A DNA stretch of 64,000 bases from Podarcis gaigeae (Eukaryota). The notes beneath the pieces are model-generated. The model made no database searches. It saw only the letters and a program-made list of their open reading frames with translations, and was not told the DNA's origin. Made by a program: the position numbers and the translations under genes. Positions 26,792 through 38,951 of this stretch are shown one piece after another. The stretch lies in assembly GCA_964106915.2 (NCBI GenBank), contig OZ066917.1; one strand, given 5' to 3'. Position 1 is the stretch's first letter. The number at the start of each line of letters is the position of its first letter.

Positions 26792-27022
26792 CATTGGTGC
26801 CTTGGTTTAAGAACAGTTCTGTTTATGAATGATTCGGTTTACAAACTCCACAAAACCAGAAGTAGTGTCCCGGTTTGCACACTTTACCTCGGTCTAAGAA
26901 TGGAATCCGAATAGTGGAAGGGCACCGGCAGGAGGCCTCATTAGGGAAACTGCCCCTTGGTTTAAGAACGGTTTCGGTTTAAGAATGGACTTCCATTAAG
27001 TTTGTAAACCGAGGTGCCACTG
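26792..27022. mobile_element. Tc1/mariner (Tigger-like) MITE, second subfamily
   Basis: TA|cattggtgccttggttt ... aaaccgaggtgccactg|TA; ggtttaagaa repeats. Confidence 0.82.
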
Positions 27023-27266
27023 TACTTTATTGGCATATTAAGGTAATGTGTTGCTAAAATGCATTACATAGGCATGAATATTAAAGATAGGTATCAAGAG
27101 CTTTGTTGAAGCTGAATAACTGGCCCCCTTTGATTTATGGACAAACAGGTTTGGGGGTGAGTGGCAGGGGAGGAAGCTGTCCTTTCTCCTGCTCTGAAGT
27201 ATCTTCCCCACCCTTTCCTGAGTACCAGCTTGGCTTGTGGTCTGATCAGAAACACTTGTTCTAGGG

Positions 27267-27402
27267 CAGGCATAGGCAAACTCGGCCCTCCAGATGTTTT
27301 GGGACCAAAGCTCCCACCATCCCTAACTAACAGGACCAGTGGTCAGGGATGATGGGAGTTATAGTCCCAAAACATCTGGAGGGCCAAGTTTGCTTATGCC
27401 TG
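27267..27402. mobile_element. hAT-type palindromic MITE (same family as 16413)
   Basis: TIR caggcataggcaaac / gtttgcttatgcctg; perfect 8-bp TSD ttctaggg. Confidence 0.9.
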
Positions 27403-27589
27403 TTCTAGGGTCTGTGCATGCAGATACATTTTCATCTGTGTTTCATTGGAGTTTCTAGTGCTTTGGGGCATTACAAGGAAGGAAAAGAGCATCCTTTCAA
27501 ATTATGACCACATCTGGAATACCATGTGGAGCTGTGTATATTTTTGGCAAATTGGAAACAATATAGTAGATGAGTTCTAAAAGACTATA

Positions 27590-27810
27590 AATGTTTCAAA
27601 GGCAAATCTTAAGAAGAGCTAAAGAAACTGGGTAAGTTTAGCCTAGAGTAGAATATTAAAGAGAAAATATTAAGAGGTTGTCAGGGGAAAGATAACAGAT
27701 CATTTATCTTATCTGCTGAGGTTACAAACAAGATGCAGTGGTTTTCATCTACAAGTAGGAGATGATGGTTACACACTTTGGGGGGAAATTCTAGCTGTTA
27801 GAGCGGGTCA
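27590..27810 (+). mobile_element. Degraded CR1 LINE ORF2 3' fragment
   Basis: gagctaaagaaactgggtaagtttagcctagag (ELKKLGKFSLE) resembles the CR1 C-terminal ERLxELGLFSLE motif. Confidence 0.6.
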
Positions 27811-28027
27811 GGGCATGCCACAGTTGACATTTAGAAATAGTTGTTTGTGCTTACATAGGCTGAAGATCTAGTCACTGATATCACTTATTCACCACCTAGT
27901 TGTTTCTCACCCCTTTTCTATCTGAGTTTAACTAAGTTGTTTAATTATGTTGTTTATCTACTATATATTTTGGAGAGTAGTTTGTCCTTTATGAACTTGG
28001 GTGCCTCTTGATGTGTTGTCACATAGA

Positions 28028-28226
28028 CGGTTCCCAAGATAGAGCTGTTTTTGTCTACATTTTGAAACCACTGGATACCATTTTGAATCAAAACGGTGGG
28101 ACAAACCTTTACAAATGGCACCATTTTGATACAACAGTTCCCGAGCTAGAGGGGTAGATTTGGGTCTGTGTTTGGAAACCATTGGATACCCTTCTGAATC
28201 AAGATGATGGATCAAATCTTTCCAAA
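28028..28226. repeat. Diverged ~110-bp tandem duplication
   Basis: gttccc(a/g)ag..agag...gaaacca(c/t)tggatacc.tt.tgaatcaa occurs twice. Confidence 0.65.
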
Positions 28227-29872
28227 ATTCATTGATTTGGGCACCTTTGAAGATACTGTTGCTCAGTTTGGTATGACAGTTACTGAATTGGAGGGTTGGG
28301 TTTTGGTTTACATTTGGATATTATCAGACACAATTTTGAGCATTACCAGAATATGTGCATTAAATTTGCCTTTGGGGCTCAGGCAGCTCCAGAACCTTTC
28401 CTGGGTAGTAAGATATTTCATTAATACTGAGTTTCTGGTACAAGCATTGTTTAGGACATGTCTTAGCACTTTTCCTTTTCTTAGTGGACCAAGATGACTT
28501 TTTAAAAAATACAACTTGATTAAAGAATAGAATTTACACAAGAACGAAAAGGAAGAACACTACAAAGTTAATAATACATACACTTCAAATATCAACGACA
28601 TACCACAGACTACTTTGAATAAGAAAAGTGTGCTAGTTTGGAGAGAAATATATGTTCAAACGCACACAGGAGAGGCATCATTGGCCATCTGTCAGGGTCT
28701 CACTCTGATGCCAGCCTTGTGCCTCCCTGTTCAGGGTCTGTGTCTCTGAGCTGCCTGTCACTTTAATTAATCACAATACCCCCAATGTAACATCACTCCA
28801 AGTCATCATGGGACATTAAAATGTCAACCTTGCTTTTCCAGTTTCTGAATGGTTCCCAGATTTTGACTGTGTGCTCCCTGGGGTCAGAATTTTTCTGTTT
28901 CCTTGCTAATGTTACTGCGTGTAAAGTACTATGTACATTGAAAAATACAAGTCTGTGAAGCTTCCCTGTGTGTTAATCACTGAAAACTGCAGGCTGTTGA
29001 AAAGCTGAGATCAAGGCCAACCTTGTAATTTGCTACTTGCCTAAGACAATTAGCAATTTTTATCAAAGCAAGAAGCTCTCTGGGCTCACTATCTGACCTG
29101 TGACATGCATGTGGACATTAGTAAATGGGCTAGTAAAGTATTTTTGCCTGCATTTCTTTTTGTACACCTGGAACATGTTTCATTTTTATTTGAAAGTAAA
29201 CTGTGCCTCTGCAGGAAAGAATGTGAAATTTAATGTTATGCGTACATTAAATAAATCTATGCTAGAAAGAACTTTGTGAAAAGCAGTTTTGCCCTTAGAA
29301 TAACTTAATGTGTGTTTTAAAATAAATTCCACTTCCTTTTGTAAAACCAATTGATTTCCCTGGATATCATTCAATAAGTATCAACAAGTTGTTTTCCTTT
29401 GTCTTACTATGTCTTACAAATCTTCTCTTATATGGTGCTGATTGCCTACAGTGGCTACTTGAGGCATTGTTTTGTAACAATAGAGCTATCAATTTTTGCT
29501 GTTTCTTATGACATAACCTCAACAGTTTTATGAAACAACTGCATTGAATATGGCTATATTTCACCTTTTAAAGTGCAGTAACTTCCCTTACTGAAGATTT
29601 TTGAGTCTACATAAACAATTTATCAAATTTAATATACGTCTTTTGTTTTTATTTAAATACCTTAAAATGTACCCAAGAAGTGGTATTATTATTTAGCAAA
29701 TGTTTTCTAAGCACTGTTTAATTGTGGTATGAATGTGGTCTTAAAAATAAGAAAACATGGGACACATGTTGCTTTTTGAATTTTTGAAATTCAGGTCTTC
29801 ATTTTCCTTTCAAACAAGAGAATTCTTAGGTATATTTTGCTTAGTTTACCCCCTGTTTTATTTCATTGAAAG

Positions 29873-30019
29873 GCGAAATCTTACAAAGCTGTCCCTCATC
29901 TTCAGTCACATGCTTGCAGAAATCAAGGCAATCTTTCCTAATGGTCAGTTCCAGGGTGACAACTTTCGTATCACAAAAGCTGATGCTGCAGAATTCTGGA
30001 AGAAATTTTTCGGTGAGAA
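29873..30019 (+). CDS. CBLB: CBLB exon 4 ([13 protein letters not shown]...FFGEK)
   Basis: tgaaag acceptor, 147 nt, GTAAGT donor. Confidence 0.97.
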
Positions 30020-32474
30020 GTAAGTATAGTCAATTTTGCAAAAGTTTTTTTGTGTTGCATATGATCCCCAAGGATGTCCTGAAGTCCCCCCCCCCCATTT
30101 TTAGTATCCTTTTAACATTTATGTATAAGGAAAAGTACATAAGAGACACTTGTTACATAAGGTTTTGACCAGATGTGACTAAAGTGCCTTGCAAACTATT
30201 CACAACAGACTTAATTGCCTGAAGTAGATGTTAACAGACCCCAGACAATACAAAGAAGGTGTGCTGGACAGTTACTTGAGGATGCAATGGGGGAGGAGAA
30301 GTGAGACAGCCCCTCACCACCACACAGTAGGCATGTTAAGCTTGTACTCAGTGAAATTCACAACACGTCTTTTGCCGCTTGCATTGAAGCCTTTGTTTCT
30401 AGACCAATTTGCTATATAATTGTATATCTTGAAGCAGATTACAGTAAGGAGTCAGAGACTCAAAAAAACCACAATAAAACTCAATATTGATATTCAGGTA
30501 ATTGATATAAAAGTTCAAAAGGAAAATCAAAAGATATAATAAGATAAGATATAAAAAGTTCAAAAGGAAAATTAGATTACGAAAACTAACAATATTGAAA
30601 CTAACAATATGAAGCTGTACATTCTAGTGGTCAGTTGAGGAAGGCTTGGGCAGAAAGGTCAATTTTCAGTAGCTGTATTCAAATGGTAGGAGTGGGTTTG
30701 TGATTATTGATAACAGGTTTTATAAGGTAATAAATATGAGTATTCCACAGTTATCATGATAGGTGTTATCTATTACATTTCCTGATGCACAAAAATACTG
30801 TATTAAAATTCTCAGAAAATATAATACCCCTGAAAAACAACAGACCATATATAAGATAACATGTTGACATTGCACAAGTAAGAAAATGTGCCTTTATTGT
30901 ACTAGGAAATGTGATTATGACCTTATTTAGTGCTGAAGGTTGTGTTGAAATTCAGCATGATCTGGAAGACTGAAGCTAATTTCTGTGTAATCCATATATT
31001 AATGAACCTGTTCACCTCTGCGAGTTTGATCCCATCTAAAATTTCATTCTGTGAAGTTTACCACAGAGTTCTTACACAGCCACTCCCTGTGAGCTATTTT
31101 TGCTTCAAGGTAGGAAATTCCTTTGGCAAGATTGCTTATGGCAGGTCTGTGACTGTAACTATTTGAGTATAGGCTCTTCAAAACCTCACACCCTACAACC
31201 TATCTACCTACTTGTCTTTCAGCAAGTTGCATTATTGAAACATCTGGGTATATTAGGAAAGAATACATGTGGTAATAAATCAAAAGGAAAAAAATCTACA
31301 CTATATATTAGCTGGGAAATTTGCTGAGATGGCACTAAGACTTCAGAAAGCTTATTGCTAAAATTTAGCATTCAGCTACTGTCTGGATATGAATCATGAT
31401 GGGCAGCATCTTCCTGGTTTGAGCTATTTGTAAATATTTTTTAAAGGTGGGGATATTCACTTTGAAGCCAATAGCAATATTTCCCCCTGTAGTCCACATT
31501 TTCAATTAAATAATTGTTATCTATTTATTTATTTAGCATTTTAGTTACTCTATTGTCAGAGAGACAGTTGAAGTGTGAACAAATAACAAGAATAGCAGAT
31601 GGGACATGAAACAATTTTGCAATGTTGGCTGCTCTTGTACAGTGTTTCCTTCAGTCAGCCAGTGCTGTTCACCCAGGATGCTCCATTGCTTTCTCCTTCC
31701 ATCCAGTTTTCCATCCTCCCTCAATAGTCAGTCATCCTTCAGTGTTCACTGAGTCCTTGGTGCTGTGTTGGGTTCTCCCCTTCCCTACTTTTAGTTTCTT
31801 TTTCTTCTGCAAACCTCGGGGCTTCCCCAAATGTATTGCTGCCTCTCGTTTGTGGGTGATGCATTCTGGGATCTGAGCAATAGTACTCATTCCTACAAAC
31901 TGGAAACCACAGGAATGATAATGTCATCATACAAGTGGAAAATATTTTGAAAAGAATTATGTGAAGATACCAATTTTAAGAAGCCTCCAAAATTTGCACA
32001 TTATTTAAAGGGCTGTGAACCAGTATTAAATGTTTTTTTCTGGGCAATCTATTTTTTACAAAAAGGAATTGGCCAGGTATATTTCCAGTATGTTCCAAAG
32101 TGTGGCTTGCCACCACCAAAGGCACATATCCATGCCTTTGTGTATCCTTTACCTAGACACAGAGTCTTGTACAGTGCTGACACAAGTAATTTTGCCCCAT
32201 GAAGTAGACCTTGAATGGTGCTCTCCCCTCCCCCCGGTGCCAACTTAAAATCTTGCTGCGCCGTTCAGACACCAATTCCTGCCATCATCTATCTTCTCTC
32301 CTCGCCCCTGGCCATGGTGTTGCCAGAAGAAAGTTGCTGGCAGCCCTTTACCTGGAGTTGTAAGCGAACATGATGTGTTATCATGAACCTACATGGCTCT
32401 GATTTTACAGGATGTGATGTTACTTAGAAAATGGTAGCGTATTGTGTAACACTTCAATACTGTTTTTGCATTAA

Positions 32475-32648
<174 letters not shown>

Positions 32649-32897
32649 TAATATTGAACATCCTCTTCCTATGTTGTCTACAACCAAGTATGTTTCTTTA
32701 AACCCTACAAAGCATTCACTAATTGTTGAAGTCAATGTGCCATTTTGTTCAATTAAAAACAAAAATCTTTGCCACATTTTGTTCAGAGAAAATGTCAAGA
32801 AAAAGTCTGATTAAAACTGAATAAAAGCTGAGGCTTGGTTTAACGCAGAAACTTTATTTGTGTGAATTATCTTTGGCTTAACTTTTTAAGCCAAAGT

Positions 32898-33259
32898 GGG
32901 ACGCAGGTGGCGCTGTGGGTTAAAGCCTCAGCGCCTAGGACTTGCCGATCGAAAGGTCGGCGGTTCGAATCCCTGCGGCGGGGTGCGCTCCCGCTGCTCG
33001 GTCCCAGCGCCTGCCAACCTAGCAGTTCGAAAGCACCTCCGGGTGCAAGTAGATAAATAGGGACCGCTTACCAGCGGGAAGGTAAACGGCGTTTCCGTGT
33101 GCGGCTCTGGCTCGCCAGAGCAGCGATGTCACGCTGGCCACGTGACCCGGAAGTGTCTCCGGACAGCGCTGGCCCCTGGCCTCTTAAGTGAGATGGGCGC
33201 ACAACCCCAGAGTCTGTCAAGACTGGCCCGTACGGGCAGGGGTACCTTTACCTTTACCT
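32898..33259 (+). mobile_element. Sauria SINE, full length and CpG-rich (young)
   Basis: gggacgcaggtggcgctgtgggtt...ggttcgaatccc...ggtacctttacctttacct; taactttttaa repeated on both flanks. Confidence 0.93.
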
Positions 33260-34451
33260 AACTTTTTAAATAAAAAACCCAGTTTGCTTATTATGCTTAG
33301 AGCTCCTCTATTACTTTTTTTTCTCACCTTCACAATAAATATAATGGTGTAAGGAGAAAGTACAGATGAGAAAAGAATTTTTCCCCCCCTTTATGAGGGC
33401 AGCTTAAAGAGTCAGACAAACTAAACATCTGGGTATGGGAATATGAGATAGGATCTGTTTATATTCTTGAACTCTATATACCTCCAAATAACAATTGTAA
33501 TAGTTGGCAGGTTTAGTATATTACTATGCATCACTGCTGTGATAAATTGCATACTTAACACTAGGTAAGATTATAGAAATTGCTGCTGTATTCTTGGGCC
33601 CCTGATGTTGGGTACTACAGCTTTCTATTATGTTTTATTGCATTGTGAATCATGTTAATATTATTTTCATTAAAGGCAGTATATAAAGAGAGAGAAATAG
33701 TTTTGATTGAAGATCAAAGTTTTGATAGCTGCTTCATGAGGAGCAACAGTTTATATTTAGCTGACAGTAGGCTTTTCTTCACCTGCTATGAACCTAGGCA
33801 TGTTTCCCCCAGTTAAATTGTATCAAAGTTAATCACGTACATTGAATGAATTATGTTAATAATTCTATAGACTTCAGAAGTATATCTTGCATACATTGTG
33901 AGACATTTTGATATAGTGACTGTCTGGAATGCTAAATTTGGACCGAGGATAGCTGAGCAAAAATTCACATCTAGCCATGCAGTTTACTGAGTGGCCTTGA
34001 CCCAGTCACTATGTGCTGGTTCAGACATAAAGATCCTGGCTTAATAAACCATGATTTATTAAGATGGATACAGTTCTCATGCTCCCCGTCCTCTCATGTG
34101 CTGGTTTCAGTGTTTTTTAAAAAATCATGCTTACTTTAAAGCACTTTCCCTTTATTTCCAAAATGATAAACTGTGATTTAAAGTAATCATGGCAGAAACC
34201 AGTAACACAGAGAGAAATGCAGGGAGTCCACAGGCATGAAGCTCATTCCCTGCTTTACCAAATCATGGAACAAAATCCTGACTTACAAAAGCATGTTTTA
34301 GTAAGCTTGTTACATCCAAGCTGGCCCTCTTTCTCAGCCCAATCTACCCCACATGGTCACAAGTGTAGTGGGGAAATAACAGTGTATGCCACCACAATGA
34401 TTGGAGGAAAGATGGGACAAAAATACAGTATTTTTTTCACTTTGTGTTTAG

Positions 34452-34573
34452 CCTTGGGGTTCAATATTAAGAAACTGGAACTTCCTAGCTGTAACGCATC
34501 CTGGATATATGGCATTTCTGACTTACGATGAAGTTAAAGCACGGTTACAAAAATACAGCACCAAACCAGGAAG
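34452..34573 (+). CDS. CBLB: CBLB exon 6 ([19 protein letters not shown]...KPGS)
   Basis: gtttag acceptor, 122 nt, GTAATG donor. Confidence 0.97.
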
Positions 34574-35166
34574 GTAATGCATTTTTGCTAATACTTCTTA
34601 GAAGAGGGTCATTTGACCTTTGTGTTCAGTAAAACCTTTTGCTCTTTGTGCTATTTTGACCAGTGTTCACTTGGTATATTTTATGAGATTCCTAGCTACA
34701 CTGGAAAAACCTGCAATCCTGGTGTTGCTCACCTGACTGAATTTGCATTTTAAAATTATAAAATGCACTTATGTGAATATAGTAAAGTCTAATAAACACA
34801 GATCCCTTGTTTTAAGTGCTGAGCCTTTTAAATGTGCTACTTTCATATTTTTTTACCTTTCTTTCAGAACTGGGGATTATTACCCCTCTTTCTAATTTTA
34901 AATGAAAGTTTTCCTAACTTTTAACAAGACCCGTGTTTTTCATGTAGAGGGTGGGCTATAGGCACCACATACTGCAGCTTTAGTGGAGAGATGGTTAACC
35001 TCTGGCCCTCCAGATGTTGCTGGACCACATCTCCCATCGTATTTTTGAGCTAATGGAAATTGAGGGTGAAACAACATGGAGGGCAATGGGGTAGATGGGC
35101 CTTTGGCCTGATCCAGGAGATCTTTTCTTATGTTGTTAAGTGTGTTTTTGTAACATTGCCTTATAG

Positions 35167-35304
35167 CTACATTTTCAGATTAAGCTGCACTCGACTAGGA
35201 CAGTGGGCCATTGGATATGTCACTGGCGATGGAAATATTTTACAGACAATACCTCATAATAAGCCTTTATTTCAAGCTCTGATTGATGGCAGCCGGGAGG
35301 GATT
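35167..35304 (+). CDS. CBLB: CBLB exon 7 (SH2-like; [17 protein letters not shown]...REGF)
   Basis: ttatag acceptor, 138 nt, GTGAGT donor. Confidence 0.97.
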
Positions 35305-35382
35305 GTGAGTATAAATGTTTACTACTTTAAATACAGAATCTTGGTTCTTTGACAGATGGGATGCACCTAAGAGTGGTATGTG

Positions 35383-35594
35383 CAGTGGTACCTTGGGTTA
35401 CATATGCTTCAGGTTACAGACTCCGCTAACCCAGAAATAGAACCTCGGGTTAAGAACTTTGCTTCAGGATGAGAACAGAAATCGTGCTCTGGTGGGAGGC
35501 CCCATTAGCTAAGCTGGTGCTTCAGGTTAAGAACAGTTTCAGGTTAAGAATGGACCTCCGGAACGAATTAAGTACTTAACCCGAGGTACCACTG
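35383..35594. mobile_element. Tc1/mariner (Tigger-like) MITE
   Basis: cagtggtaccttgggtta ... taacccgaggtaccactg|TA; reverse orientation of the 23534 copy. Confidence 0.88.
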
Positions 35595-36191
35595 TATTTC
35601 AGTCTGACCAATGTTTAGTTATCCAATATAAAATTAGATCTTTATTGCAATGAGTGCTCATAATTTTCATGCAGGGAAAGGGAAACAAACACTCTTCTTT
35701 AGTGTCCCAAATGTAGGCAAACTAGAGTCTATGTTGCTGACTTAACAGTAAAACAAGGAGACGAGAATAGAAGAGGTGAGGGTGAACTTATATGCAACAA
35801 TGAAATGAAAAATGGGCTACAATTATCAGCAGATAGTGCATATAGAAAAACAACATAAACATGGATATTGTAATGAATGGCAAGAGGAAATGGAAAAAGT
35901 TGTTGGAAGCAAATGCTTTAGAGTGGGGTGTGAAAACCTTTGGAATCCTCATCTAAATTTACCATTCATGAATAGCTTGGTGGTAGAATGCTTTCAGGTG
36001 TAACTATTGTGATTTGTGTTGTCTAGTGACCTTGTGAACTAGCCCCAGTTTTAGCAAATTCATTCAGAAAGCCATATGTTTGGGTTTTCTTAACTTGTAG
36101 CTATATACATGTTAGTGCACATTGTGTGATTAAATCTTAAAAAATTTAGAAGCAATGTAAAATTGTAAACTTTTATTTCTTTGTAATCCAG

Positions 36192-36279
36192 CTATCTGTA
36201 CCCAGATGGAAGAAGTTATAATCCTGATCTGACAGGACTGTGTGAACCCACCCCACATGATCACATAAAAGTTACACAG
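36192..36279 (+). CDS. CBLB: CBLB exon 8 ([13 protein letters not shown]...KVTQ)
   Basis: atccag acceptor, 88 nt, GTATGT donor. Confidence 0.97.
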
Positions 36280-37011
36280 GTATGTTGCATATTATCACTT
36301 CATTTATAGCAAAAGCATTAATAAAAAACAATGCAACAGATTTAAATGCCAGATTTTAGTAAGATGTTCATTGACACCCATTAATGGGCTCTCACTATTG
36401 AGGTATGGCTGGGGAGTGGGGGCACTTTTGGTGGGAAATATGAGATGGGTTTGCATAGGGGCTCTCTGAAAAAGTTTGGATTTACTGTATAATTAAACTA
36501 AATATAATATTATCATTCAATAGTCTCAAAATAACATCCAGATAAAATCATCCTTAACCTCAAAAATATAATTAATTGCTTTACAATCTCTATTCAGTTA
36601 CCTTCATGAAAAGCAATTAGTGTGTTTGTTGTGAACTGTAGTAGGGAGGGTGTTTAAAACCGTAATGATCTTGGTAGCCTGTGAATTTATTTTTATCAAG
36701 CGGCTTGACCCCTCTGGATGCCTCTCTGGTGATAATTACATCTTAGGGCTTGAGTGACCTTTGGTCATATATGGTGAAAGGATAAAAAAATGAGGAAGTG
36801 TTGGCCAAAAATCCATATCTCTTCTTCTCTGCACCATCCATTGGTAGTTTTGTCATATTGCTGAAGGTGGACTATTCATTCTCTGTAGCTGTTGTGGATT
36901 GGCCAATACCCTGGCTGCATTTTGAATGTTTCTAATGCATATGTCATGTTGTTAGACTTGATGTTTTGATAGGCATTACAAAGTATTTTTTCATAGTAAA
37001 GATAAATCACT

Positions 37012-37012
37012 A

Positions 37013-37048
<36 letters not shown>

Positions 37049-38030
37049 TTATTATTTATACCCCGCCCATCTGGCTGGGCCTCCCCAGCCACTCTGGGCG
37101 GCTTCCATAAAAACCAAAAATACAGTAAAATATCACACGTTAAAAACTTCCCTGAACAGGGCTGCCTTAAGATGTCTTCTGAATGTCAGGTAGTTGTTTA
37201 TCGCTTTGACATCTGCTGGAAGGGCGTTCCACAGGGTGGGCGCCACTACCGAGAAGGCCCTCTGCCTGGTTCCCTGTAACTTTGCTTCTCGCAATGAGGG
37301 AACCGCGAGAAGGCCCTCGGCGCTGGACCTCAGCGTCCGGGCAGAATGATGGGGGTGGAGACGCTCCTTCAGGTATACTGGACCGAGGCCGTTTAGGGCT
37401 TTAAAGGTCAGCACCAACACTTTGAATTGTGCTCGGAAACATACTGGGAGCCAATGTAGGTCCTTCAAGACCGGTGTTATATGGTCTTGGCGGCCGCTCC
37501 CAGTCACCAGTCTAGCTGCCGCATTCTGGATTAGTTGTAGTTTCCGAGTCACCTTCAAAGGTAGCCCCACGTAGAGTGCATTGCAGTAGTCCAAGCGGGA
37601 GATAACCAGAGCATGCACCACTCTGGCGAGACAGTCCGCAGGCAGATAGGGTCTCAGCCTACGTACCAGATGGAGCTGGTAAACAGCTGCCCTGGACACA
37701 GATTTGACCTGTGCCTCCATGGACAGCTGTGAGTCCAAAATGACTCCCAGGCTGCGCACCTGGTCCTTCAGGGGCACAGTTACCCCATTCAGGACCAGGG
37801 AATCCACACCTGCCCGCCTCCTGTCCCCCAGAAACAGTACTTCTGTCTTGTCAGGATTCAACCTCAATCTGTTAGCCGCCATCCATCCTCCAACCGCCTC
37901 CAGACACTCACACAGGACCTTCACTGCCCTCACTGGTTCTGATTTAAAAGAGAGGTAGAGCTGGGTATCATCTGCATACTGATGAACACCCAGCCCAAAC
38001 CTCCTGATGATCTCTCCCAGCGGCCGCACT
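37012..38030 (-). mobile_element. Young 5'-truncated L2-clade LINE (RT C-terminal ORF 37133-38035, 3' UTR stem-loop, (TTA)n tail)
   Basis: About 296 uninterrupted codons with QYADDTQLY, LRLNPDKTE, SRLDYCN, LHWLP and RAFSVVAP; (AAT)n at ~37013-37047 on +; atcact repeated at 37006 and 38031. Confidence 0.92.
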
Positions 38031-38765
38031 ATCACTTAAAATGAAAAAACAATAACAAACAAACCCTCAAATACCCCCCAAGTTGCCTATACATGCTATG
38101 TGGAATATGCTAACAATGCTGTAATTACTACTTGCATTGTGACATTATTTTTTCTGACATTTAAGGAAGAATTGGCACCTAGAGTACAAATGTTATGAGC
38201 ACTTAGGAGATAATTATCCTTCTAGCAGTGATGACATGCTGAAGATGATATTGGAAGATTATAATTTCCTTACACATCTTTGATTGGTATTTCACCTACT
38301 ATAAAAATGAAAAGACAGGAAAATTAAGGAAGAAGAGCATAACTTTGGCAAAGACAAGATTTTGTTAGAAAAGACTAAAATATAAGCTAGAGATACTTCA
38401 TGCTGTCATGCAGTTCTAGTTCCCAACAGGGGAAATGGATACAACTTTCTAGCTGGAACATGAACTTTCACTTGCCATGGCAAATTAGGAGGAATTAACA
38501 AAAAGATAATTCCTTTGCTGCTTTCATTTCCAGGTCTTCTGGGTATCTCCCCAACCCCATTTGTTTTTAAGTTACGCCAGTTTTGAAATAGTTTTCTATC
38601 ATAATGTTAACCAGTAGCTGTAGCCAGTAACTGTGAGTTATTTTCTGTCACATGAATGTCTTCAAAAATAGGTGATCTCAAACACTGTTTTGCTTAAAAA
38701 CCTCAAACTGTGTTAGAAGCAAGCTTGTAAACTTACCATCCCACAGAGCCACTTAACTGCAATAG

Positions 38766-38951
<186 letters not shown>

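Noticed and set aside
30500-30612. Short local repeats (gatataaaagttcaaaaggaaaat x2; gaaactaacaatat x2)
   Set aside because: Ordinary slippage duplications in A-rich sequence with no further structure.
37133-38035. 300-aa ORF as a nested host gene or domesticated RT
   Set aside because: It starts at the 5' truncation junction without an ATG, lacks the N-terminal RT motifs and ends in a LINE 3' tail; it is a truncated retrotransposon copy.
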